A stretch of 64,000 nt of DNA. Origin: an uncultured Candidatus Rokubacteria bacterium (GTDB lineage: Bacteria; Methylomirabilota; Methylomirabilia; Rokubacteriales; CSP1-6). A program made the translations under genes and the position numbers. Below are positions 30,600-38,511 of this stretch, in pieces (positions within the stretch are counted from its first letter, which is position 1; each line of letters opens with the position of its first letter). The notes beneath the pieces were generated by a model. The model saw only the letters and a program-made list of their open reading frames with translations. It ran no database searches and was not told the origin of the DNA. The DNA is taken from assembly GCA_963754315.1 (NCBI GenBank), contig CAVWFS010000008.1, positions 96,001-160,000 of the forward strand. Direction: 5' to 3'.

Positions 30600-31315
30600 C
30601 GCTCGCCCTCCGGAACGGCGCGAGCGGGCTCCTCGCCGACGGGACTCTGGCCGGCGGCGCGCGTGGAGGGATCGGTGAAGTCCAGCGGAATCAGGCCGCC
30701 CGGCTCGCCGGCCAGCATCCAGTCGATGAGCAGGCGGTACTGCTCGACGGGGACAGCACCGACCAGCGAGACCCTTTCGTTGAAAACCACCGTGGGGAGG
30801 GCGGACACGCCGAACCAGGCGACTGCCTCCGCGTAGTCGTGGAGCACTGCCCGGTGCGGCTCACCGGCCTCGCAGTCCCTCTGGAAGCGGGCCATATCGA
30901 GTCCGCAGGCTTCGGCCAGACGCCACAGCACGTCGGTCCGCCCGATGTCGAGGTTGTCACCAAAGTGTGCGGCGAACAGACGGTGATGGAATGCAACTGC
31001 GGCCTCCCTGCTCTGGCTCTCGGCGGCCTTGGCCGCGGTGAGGGCCGGCAGGCTGGAGGCCGGCAATTCTGTTCCCACGGCCGGCGGGACAAAGAGGGCA
31101 CGCGGTTCCTCAGCCCCGATCTTCTGGCGGCTTGCGCGGGTCGCTTCCGTGCTCAGACGTCCGGGTCGCTGATCGGGAATCAGCGGAAAGGCGCGCCAGT
31201 GTAGCGCCACCTGGTCGCCGTAGGCTTGCTCGACGTCCGAGAGTCGGATGGCGGCGTTGTAGCACCACGGGCAGAGGTAGTCAGAGAAGATATCCAGTTG
31301 GACCGGCGCGGTCAC
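30590..31315 (-). CDS. DsbA/FrnE-family oxidoreductase (CPWC)
   Basis: FSDYLCPWCY and GVSALPTVVF motifs; GTG start overlaps the grdB2 stop. Confidence 0.9.
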   Translation of the reverse strand: MTAPVQLDIFSDYLCPWCYNAAIRLSDVEQAYGDQVALHWRAFPLIPDQRPGRLSTEATRASRQKIGAEEPRALFVPPAVGTELPASSLPALTAAKAAESQSREAAVAFHHRLFAAHFGDNLDIGRTDVLWRLAEACGLDMARFQRDCEAGEPHRAVLHDYAEAVAWFGVSALPTVVFNERVSLVGAVPVEQYRLLIDWMLAGEPGGLIPLDFTDPSTRAAGQSPVGEEPARAVPEGERQR

Positions 31316-32616
31316 GGAGCCTGGAACACGGTCGGCTGAGCAACATCGGCCTGCAGCGCCTGCAGGGCCTGCTCGACGATCCGTCGACGCAGCGCTTTCT
31401 CCTCTTCCGGTTTCAGCTCTGCATTCCCCAGGGGGTGAATGATGCCCGCCGCCGGCACGATCCGATTCGCTCCAACCATGACGGCCACCGGGGTCATCGT
31501 GGACACTTGCACCGTGGGCAAGCCTGCCCGCTCCAGCTCCTTGGCGATCGCTGCGCCGCAGCGAGTGCTGGTCCCTCAGGTGGAGGTGAGGATAACCCCG
31601 TCCACGCCGGCAGCCTTGAGCTTGGCTGCGATCTCGCGTCCCATGCGCTGGCTATGGGCCAAGGTCGTGGCGACGCCCGTGGTCGAGTAGACGATCTCGT
31701 GGAGCTTGCCAACCGCGCCCGCCTGCTCCAGCTCGCGAGCGACATCCACGGGGACGAGGCGATGCGGATCCTGCTTGACGTAGGTGGTGTCGTAGCCCCG
31801 ATGGACGTTGTCATACCGATCTGGATCCAATGCGGTGAGGCCCACGATCTCGTAGGCGCCGTAGCGCGTGGCCGCCAGCGCCTCGATGCCGTCCGGATTT
31901 CCGCGCGGGACCAGTCCGCCATCCGTCACGAGCGCGATGGTCGCCCGCCGCATGTCGGGGACGCGAGCCGGGGCTGACACGGGGACGAAGCTTGGCAGAG
32001 GTACTTCGCTTGTTATCGGATCTCCCATCAGCTTTTGCAGGAGCATGGCCGTGGCGCGCTGGGCGGCGTTGTCCTCGGCCAGGACGTTGTGGGTGATGCC
32101 GCGGGCGAAATACCCCTCAGCGGCTGGCGAGCCGATCGCCTCCCGGCGGACCAGCTTGAGCCCCAAGGCCACAAGGCGACGCACCTCGTCGAGCATGCGC
32201 GCCGTGTCGGCGCCGGTCTCGGCGATGTAGACGTGACGCCGGTAGAGGTCCACCCCGGGGTTCTCGGCGTGCATGCCTGTGACCGCCGGCACCCGAAGCT
32301 CAGCCTGCACGGCGGCACACAGCGCGCCACACGCCACGCCGTAGCGGCCAGCCTGGAAGGCCGGTCCCGCAACGAGCAGATCTGGCCGCTGGGCCGCCAC
32401 CAGCGACACCAGCTCGGCGATGGCCGCCTCGGGCTGCTCGGCAACGTAGTTGTCGCCACAGCGCACGGTCGCCACGACCGTGCCGTGTTCACCGAGCACC
32501 TGCTGCACCGCGCGCGCGGAGCCCACGGCGCCGGCCACCACGTCTGGCCCCACCCCGGCCTTGTCTTCACCGCCGAGCTGGCCGAAGAACTGGTTCACGT
32601 AACAGACAACACGCAT
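31312..32616 (-). CDS. grdB: Glycine/sarcosine/betaine reductase selenoprotein B, copy 2 (Sec TGA 31576-31578; UGTSTRC)
   Basis: YVNQFFGQLGGE, AGPAFQAGRYG, ENPGVDLY and GGLVPRGNPD motifs. ORFs 31576..32616 and 31312..31521 are in frame via ILTST-TGA-GTSTRCGAAIAKELE. Confidence 0.93.
31548..31564 (-). promoter_or_regulatory. Putative SECIS hairpin of grdB copy 2
   Basis: UCGCUGC-GGC-GCAGCGA, 7-bp stem starting 11 nt after UGA; carries a compensatory pair relative to copy 1. Confidence 0.75.
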
Positions 32617-32636
32617 GTGTGCCTCCTGACCTTATG

Positions 32637-32952
32637 ATGGGGGGCCCCGAAATGGCCCCCCATTCCCCCCAACGTTCGGCGCGCCCCGGGGGACCCGCGG
32701 CGCGCCTCGGTCTTACGCGTGGCTTTGGGCCCCGAAATGGCCCCCCATTCCCCCCAACGTTCGGCGCGCCCCGGGGGACCCGCGGCGCGCCTCGGTCTTA
32801 CGCGTGGCTTTGGGCCCCGAAATGGCCCCCCATTCCCCCCAACGTTCGGCGCGCCCCGGGGGACCCGCGGCGCGCCTCGGTCTTACGCGTGGCTTTGGGC
32901 CCCGAAATGGCCCCCATTTCCCCCAACGTTCGGCGCGCCTCGATCTTACGCT
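32637..32952. repeat. Tandem array of an 85-bp palindromic (REP-like) unit: 3 identical copies plus 1 degenerate copy
   Basis: Unit gggccccgaaatggccccccattccccccaacgttcggcgcgccccgggggacccgcggcgcgcctcggtcttacgcgtggcttt starts at 32642, 32727, 32812 and 32897. Confidence 0.95.
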
Positions 32953-32974
32953 TGATTTTGGCGGCCCTGAACCC

Positions 32975-34237
32975 TCACTGAACGAGCGCTACCAGGCGGG
33001 AGGCGCCTGTCTGCTCGATCGCTCCGCATAGACCCGTGTAGCTTGTAGACACTTCCCCTTGGAGCGTGGGCGCCAGATCATCGGCTCCGAGGACCCGCGA
33101 CACCGCGGGCAGTTTCAACGGCTCTTGCGTGCTGCCCACGTTCACGAGGGCATCCAGGCCGGGGAAGTTGAAGAGCAGCATGCCTTCGCTGCTCCCGTCG
33201 GTCGACATGTCTTCGACGATCAGGGTGGTTTTCACACCCAGTGCCTCGCACTGCGCCGCCGCCTGCGCCATGTCCACGTGGGGCGCCCCTCCGCCCATCT
33301 TGGTGAACACGGCGCCATCGGCTCCCAGCACTTCGGCCACGAGCCCGGCCGCCATCGTCGCCGAGCGGACTCGCTCCGGCTCGGTAGCCTGGGCGACCGT
33401 CAATACCACACCCACGAACCACAGCGTGCGGCCGTGCAGCGCATAGAGTGTCCGGATGACGGGATGGTTCTGGATGGCAAACGTGGTCGCGTTGCGGCCC
33501 ATGAACCCCCGCATGACCGCGCCATCGAGCACCTCGTTGGGATGCACGAGGGTGGGCAGCATCCGACGGATCGGATCGCCGTAGAGGATGCCTTCGTCGA
33601 TCCCCGTCGGCCTCTGGTGTGAGTGAATCTGGAACACGTAGGCGACCCGCGGCAAGTGTTGGGAGGTGGCTGGCACGCGGGTCGGCGCCGGAAGATCGAA
33701 GACCTCCACCCTGTCCGGCTCGCGATCTCCCACGACCCGGGCCAGGTAGACCGCCGTCTTCAGCCCCGCCAGGCGAATGGCGGCAAGATATTCCGAGCGT
33801 CCTGTGTCTGGCCCTGGCCAGGCCGAGAGCACGACGTTGTGCGTCCGGGCGAATTCCGTGAGATTTGCCGCCGGTCCCGACATGTCGATGAGCGCGAGGG
33901 TTCCGGTGTTCTGGACTTGCTGGTCGGTGACCACGACCGCCACGTTGGCGAGAGCCTGGGTCCGGCCGCTGCCGGCGCGGGTCAGCGCGCCCAGCACGCC
34001 AGGGAAGTCAGCGCCGCCGTCGAGTTTGGCCCGCGGAGCCATGACGTCAAAGACGCGTCCGATGCGGCACGACTCCCCTGGATGGGCCAGGTCGATGCGG
34101 ACTCGCTGGAGACGGTGATCCGACTCGACGAGCGCACGAAGCTCGCGCAGGTCCACCTCGAGAGCGTGTCCTTCGAGGCGCGTCACCGCCCCAGCGTGGA
34201 CGGTGTCAACCTCGGACCACTGGAGTGTGAGCTGCAT
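32975..34237 (-). CDS. Reductase component B substrate-binding subunit (GrdE/GrdG/GrdI family), copy 2
   Basis: LAHPGESCRI, GSGRTQAL, IDMSGP, RLAGLKTAVYLA, VHPNEVLDGA and QNHPVI..LY..HG motifs. Confidence 0.88.
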   Translation of the reverse strand: MQLTLQWSEVDTVHAGAVTRLEGHALEVDLRELRALVESDHRLQRVRIDLAHPGESCRIGRVFDVMAPRAKLDGGADFPGVLGALTRAGSGRTQALANVAVVVTDQQVQNTGTLALIDMSGPAANLTEFARTHNVVLSAWPGPDTGRSEYLAAIRLAGLKTAVYLARVVGDREPDRVEVFDLPAPTRVPATSQHLPRVAYVFQIHSHQRPTGIDEGILYGDPIRRMLPTLVHPNEVLDGAVMRGFMGRNATTFAIQNHPVIRTLYALHGRTLWFVGVVLTVAQATEPERVRSATMAAGLVAEVLGADGAVFTKMGGGAPHVDMAQAAAQCEALGVKTTLIVEDMSTDGSSEGMLLFNFPGLDALVNVGSTQEPLKLPAVSRVLGADDLAPTLQGEVSTSYTGLCGAIEQTGASRLVALVQ

Positions 34238-34270
34238 GGCGACCCTCCAGAGAGAGCGTCGGTTCGCCGA

Positions 34271-34681
34271 CTAGACTCTCGCGACCGGCTCGTCGGGATG
34301 AGCCGGATTGGGCACCAGGCGCCGAGCCCGGCAGTCCACGAACAAATCGAGCTTTTCTAGCACGGTCTGGCCGATCAGGACGTCGTCGCCCAGCACCAGA
34401 GCGTCTTCCAGAGTATCTCGCCCCTCCAGCTCGACGACGAGGGGTTCGGTCACGCTCACGATCTCCTTGCGTCCGTCCGCGTATTCGGCCACCTGCTGAC
34501 CGCGAACCCCGAGGCCCAGGCGGGCGGCGACCCGGGCTGGCAGGACCGTGCGGACGGCTCCGGTATCGACGAGCGCATCCGTCTCGAACGTCCTGACTTG
34601 ATCGGGCGCGAGCATGCCTCGGCGGACGAGTCCCTCGTCAACCGCGTTCGTCAGCCTGGCTTTGACCCGGACCTCGCCCAT
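34271..34681 (-). CDS. Clan AA (retropepsin-like) aspartic protease
   Basis: MGEVRVK...ALVDTGA...LIGQTVLEKLDL..D. Confidence 0.85.
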   Translation of the reverse strand: MGEVRVKARLTNAVDEGLVRRGMLAPDQVRTFETDALVDTGAVRTVLPARVAARLGLGVRGQQVAEYADGRKEIVSVTEPLVVELEGRDTLEDALVLGDDVLIGQTVLEKLDLFVDCRARRLVPNPAHPDEPVARV

Positions 34682-34828
34682 GGTGCGCCCACGATGATCA
34701 GCCACCGCCCTTCGCATCTCAATGTCCACTTCATGATACGTCCAGCGGCGATCGTCCTGTGGGGCAAGTAGGCGGCGTGCATAGTGAGATAGAGGCGAAA
34801 ACCCGGCGCATTACCTTAGCTTCCGGCG

Positions 34829-34859
34829 AGGAGCCCCGGTCGTTCCCCGGGGCTCCTTT
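34829..34859. terminator. GC-rich hairpin, possible terminator
   Basis: aggagccccgg-(7 nt)-ccggggctcct followed by tt; lies downstream of the CHRD gene. Confidence 0.5.
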
Positions 34860-34915
34860 GATGAGCGGGCCGCGCGCCGGGTTAGTGCTCGGCTGACGGT
34901 ACGCTCTGGAAGGGA

Positions 34916-35522
34916 TCAGTCATCGTCGTGATCATGATCCAGCTGGCCGCGGATCTCGCCGGGGGGGAACCGGTCGGTGTGGACGTTCGCGTAGATCGCG
35001 CCGGTCCGGAGGGCTGCCAGAAGGGCAGCGAAACCATCCTCGCCGGCGGGGAATCCCTGGCCAGCAAGCCCGAGAACGTTCTCCGGACGGATGATCCCTG
35101 TCACTTTCCCCGAAGGGCTCGGGCAGGTCGGGGTATCCGCGCCCGGAGGCCGGCGCGGGATTGTCCGCCGACTGGCACAGCCACACAGTGATGCCACCGG
35201 TGGTGTGCTTCTGGCCGAAGTGGAGGTGGGCCTGGTTGACGAATTGGGCGCCGACGACCGGCGTGGCGCCGGCGTCGGGGAAGGCGTAGGTCAGCTCGTA
35301 GTGGATCTCACGATCCTGCTTGTCGATCTTGAGCTTGATTCGACCGCTGCCGGTACTGAAGATGGCGTGCCGACTGCCGAGGTTCGGCTCGGCGCATGCA
35401 CTTCGTTGAATCCCGAGAGAGTAGAGTGCAGATGTCGGTTGTCGTCGGCCTGGCCCGTTGTGGGTACCAGAAGGCCGAGCAGGCCGGCCGCCAGCCACGA
35501 AGGCTCTCAAGTAACTGCTCAT
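34916..35522 (-). pseudogene. Secreted CHRD-domain protein, about 3 frameshifts (errors or decay)
   Basis: Pieces in different frames: signal peptide plus LSGFNEVH, then QAHLHFGQ..GGITVWLC, then YANVHTDRFPPGEIRGQL. Confidence 0.75.
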
Positions 35523-35688
35523 CCTATGCCTCCTTCAACGATGCTTCGTGCCAGATGTCAACGTGACAACGACCGTTACTCAGCCGCTTCCTCCTTTCTC
35601 GCTGTGGTAGCCAGCGTCTCCGTGACCGAGCAAGAGGCCTAGGGGACCGTTCAGGGCCACGGTTGATCTAACGGCGGACAGGGCCGCG

Positions 35689-36979
35689 TCATTCCCAGTA
35701 CCGTCGAGAACTCGGAACAGGACAGCCTTCGGCGCTGGCGGGCATGTAAGTTCTAACAGGAGCCCAGCGGTGGGCCGGCATCTGACGGCCCCCGTGAAAC
35801 TTTTGCCGAGCGCGCGAAGGGCGCTCGACTACTCGAGCGAACGCGGGCATGACCTCGTGGGCGAAGCGAGTGAGCTGCTCGATCATGAGGGCCCGCGGCG
35901 TCCCGAGAGCCCAGGCGATCATGATGTGCTCGAGGCCGGGGTAGCGCTGCTCGATCTCCCGTAGGTAACCGACGATCTCTTCGGGGGGTCCACAGAGCCA
36001 GCTGCGGTTGCGGACACCATTTTCCAGGGAGGCGGCGGCCGGGGATTGCGCTTGCCGGGCGGCTACCGCGCGCACGTGCTCTTCGCTATAGCGCAGCATG
36101 CCGAGAGGCGCCATGAACTTGGCGTGCTCTTCGAAGAAGGGTCGCGCCCGTTCGATCGCTCGCTCCGCAGTTTCGTCGATACACATGCGAAAGCCGAGGA
36201 TCAACTCCTCACCGAGCTGCAGCTCGCGGCCGTAGCGGCGTGCCGCTTCCTGGTAGTCACGCGACCAGCGGTGCACGAACTCTTCGGCGGTGGCGGAGAT
36301 GACCCCCTTGATGCCGTGCCGGGCCATGAAGTCGAGGCCCCGCGCGCTGCCGCTCACGATGGGCTGCCAGACCTCGACCGGCTGATGCACGGGACGGGGC
36401 ACCAAGGTGATCTCCCGCAAGGGGTAGCCGCGATAGGGAACCTCGGGGGGAATGGTGTAGTACTTGCCCTGATGCGAGAACGACTCCTGCCTGAACGCCT
36501 TGAGGATGATCTCGGTCTGCTCTTCGAAGAGCTCGCGGTTGGCGTCGGCGTCCAGCATCGGGTTCCCAAAGCTCTCCACCTCGCGCGTGTGGTATCCCGC
36601 GGCCGATCCCGAAGACGACCCGACCACCGGTCAGGATGTCCGCGGTGGCGTAGTCTTCGGCGAGGCGGAGCGGATGCCAAGTGGGGACGATGTTAAATGC
36701 GCAGCCGATCTTGAGGCGCGCCGTATGATGAGCCAGCTCGACGGCCAGCATGGGAATGTTGGGGATACACTCGTATCCTTCGTGCTGAAAGTGGTGCTCG
36801 GCCAGCCACAGGGTCTCGTAGCCGAGCCCGTCGACGGCGCGAGCCAGCTCGCGCGTGGTGTCAAACACCTCGAGAAGCCGCTGGTTCGGGTACCGCCGAT
36901 CGTCGGCGGGCGTGCCCGCGAACCCGCACTGTTCCAACTCGATGTGGCCGACGTAGAGCGTCGAGAAGCGCTTGATCAT
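35689..36979 (-). CDS. Luciferase-like (LLM) monooxygenase, +1 frameshift near 36600
   Basis: WLAEHHFQHEGYE and WHPLRLAEDYA in one frame. GRGYHTRE is restored by removing one G of a GGG run. The true 3' end may be near 35830. Confidence 0.85.
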
Positions 36980-37160
36980 GCTGACCTCGTGATCATCGGC
37001 GCTCGGCGGGCCCACTCGACCACACCAGGCCGGAGTGTCGACATACTATCAGTAGGCCCCCCTACCTTCGGCTGGGGTGGTGAGGTAGAATCGCTATGGG
37101 CGTTCCCCGGCGGTTCGTCCCGCCGGCACACCGCGGTGAAATTGTTCATTACGGAAGGGC

Positions 37161-38033
37161 GTGAGCACGACCATGCGATACGAAGCACCAGAGTCGTTGG
37201 AGGGGGCCGTCGCTCTGCTGGCCAAAGCGACCGGCGATACGCGCGTGCTGGCTGGCGGAACCGATCTCCTGGTCCAGATGCGGTCGGAGGTGGTCGACCC
37301 CGAGCTGATCGTCGACATCAAGAAGATCGCCGAGACTCGTTCTGTCACCGAGGAGAAAGGCGGCTGGCGGATCGGGGCGGCCGTGACGGGGGCCGAGCTG
37401 AAGGAGCACCCGCGGCTCAAGCAGGTATGGCCTGGTGTGGTGGAGGCAGCGAACCTCATCGGGTCAACCCAGATCCAGGGGCGAGCGACCATGGGAGGCA
37501 ACCTGTGCAACGGATCCCCGGCCGCCGACAGCGTGCCGGCGCTCATCGCGGCGGGAGCGATCGCCACCGTGGCCGGGCCTCAGGGCCGGCGCGACATTCC
37601 GGTCGAGGACGTCATGATCGGGCCCCGCAAGCTCTCGCTCCGGAAAGGTGAGTTCGTCGTCTCGTTCTTGCTCCCCCCTCGGCCCAAGAGTTCAGGCGAT
37701 GCCTATCTACGGTTCATCCCGCGCACGGAGATGGACATCGCCGTCGTGGGGGCGGGCGTGAGCTTGACCCTCGGCGCCGCCGGTGCCGTCACCGCCGCCC
37801 GGGTAGCCCTCGGCGCGGTGGCCGAGAAGGTCTTACTCGTTCCGGAGGCCGCCCAGGCCATCATCGGCAGCCGGCTGGACAGGCCGGCGCAAGAACGGCT
37901 GGAGGCAGCGGCGCGGGCGGCCTGTCGGCCGATCGACGACAAGCGTGGCACGGTAGAATTCCGCATCGAGGTGGCGGGCGTGCTCACGCGCCGCGCAGCC
38001 ATGATTGCGCTGGATCGGGCGAGGACAAACTGA
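37161..38033 (+). CDS. Xanthine dehydrogenase family FAD-binding subunit (CoxM-like)
   Basis: LAGGTDL and ATMGGNLCNGSPAAD motifs. Confidence 0.93.
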   Translation: MSTTMRYEAPESLEGAVALLAKATGDTRVLAGGTDLLVQMRSEVVDPELIVDIKKIAETRSVTEEKGGWRIGAAVTGAELKEHPRLKQVWPGVVEAANLIGSTQIQGRATMGGNLCNGSPAADSVPALIAAGAIATVAGPQGRRDIPVEDVMIGPRKLSLRKGEFVVSFLLPPRPKSSGDAYLRFIPRTEMDIAVVGAGVSLTLGAAGAVTAARVALGAVAEKVLLVPEAAQAIIGSRLDRPAQERLEAAARAACRPIDDKRGTVEFRIEVAGVLTRRAAMIALDRARTN

Positions 38034-38509
38034 TGGCCAAGCATCACATCACGGCAACGGTGAACGGGGACGACGTCGAGTTCCTCTGCGAGACCGAGGA
38101 GACCTTGCTCGACGTCCTGCGCGACACGCTCCAGTTGTCGGGAAGTAAAGAGGGATGCGGCTCGGGCGACTGTGGAGCGTGCAGCGTCACCCTCGACGGG
38201 CGGCTCGTCTGCTCGTGCTTGGTGTTGGGCTGCGAGGTCGGGGGCCGCCGGATCGAAACCATCGAGAGCATGGCCAAGGGGGACGCGTTGCATCCCCTGC
38301 AGCGAAAGTTCTTGGAGCATGCCGCGCTCCAGTGCGGTATCTGCACCCCAGGGTTTCTGGTGGCCTCCAAGGCTCTGCTGGAGCGGAAAGCCGACCCTAC
38401 CGAGATCGAGGTCCGCTACTGGCTGGCCGGCAATCTCTGTCGCTGCACGGGGTACGATAAGATCGTGACCGCGGTGCTGGACGCCGCCGCGGAAATGAGG
38501 AGAGGGTAA
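38033..38509 (+). CDS. Xanthine dehydrogenase family [2Fe-2S] subunit (CoxS-like)
   Basis: GCGSGDCGAC, QCGICTPG and GNLCRCTGY motifs. Confidence 0.95.
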   Translation: MAKHHITATVNGDDVEFLCETEETLLDVLRDTLQLSGSKEGCGSGDCGACSVTLDGRLVCSCLVLGCEVGGRRIETIESMAKGDALHPLQRKFLEHAALQCGICTPGFLVASKALLERKADPTEIEVRYWLAGNLCRCTGYDKIVTAVLDAAAEMRRG

Positions 38510-38511
38510 CC

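Noticed and set aside
24688..32616. grdB and grdA as nonsense pseudogenes or split genes
   Set aside because: Each TGA falls at the known Sec position, the frame continues, and a SECIS-like hairpin follows.
32637..32952. CRISPR array
   Set aside because: Units are identical end to end with no unique spacers, the 85-bp period is all repeat, and there are no cas genes.
32619..33031. Repeat-encoded ORFs (MALGPEMAPHSPQRS...)
   Set aside because: They are translations of an 85-bp unit (not a multiple of 3) on the strand opposite the operon.
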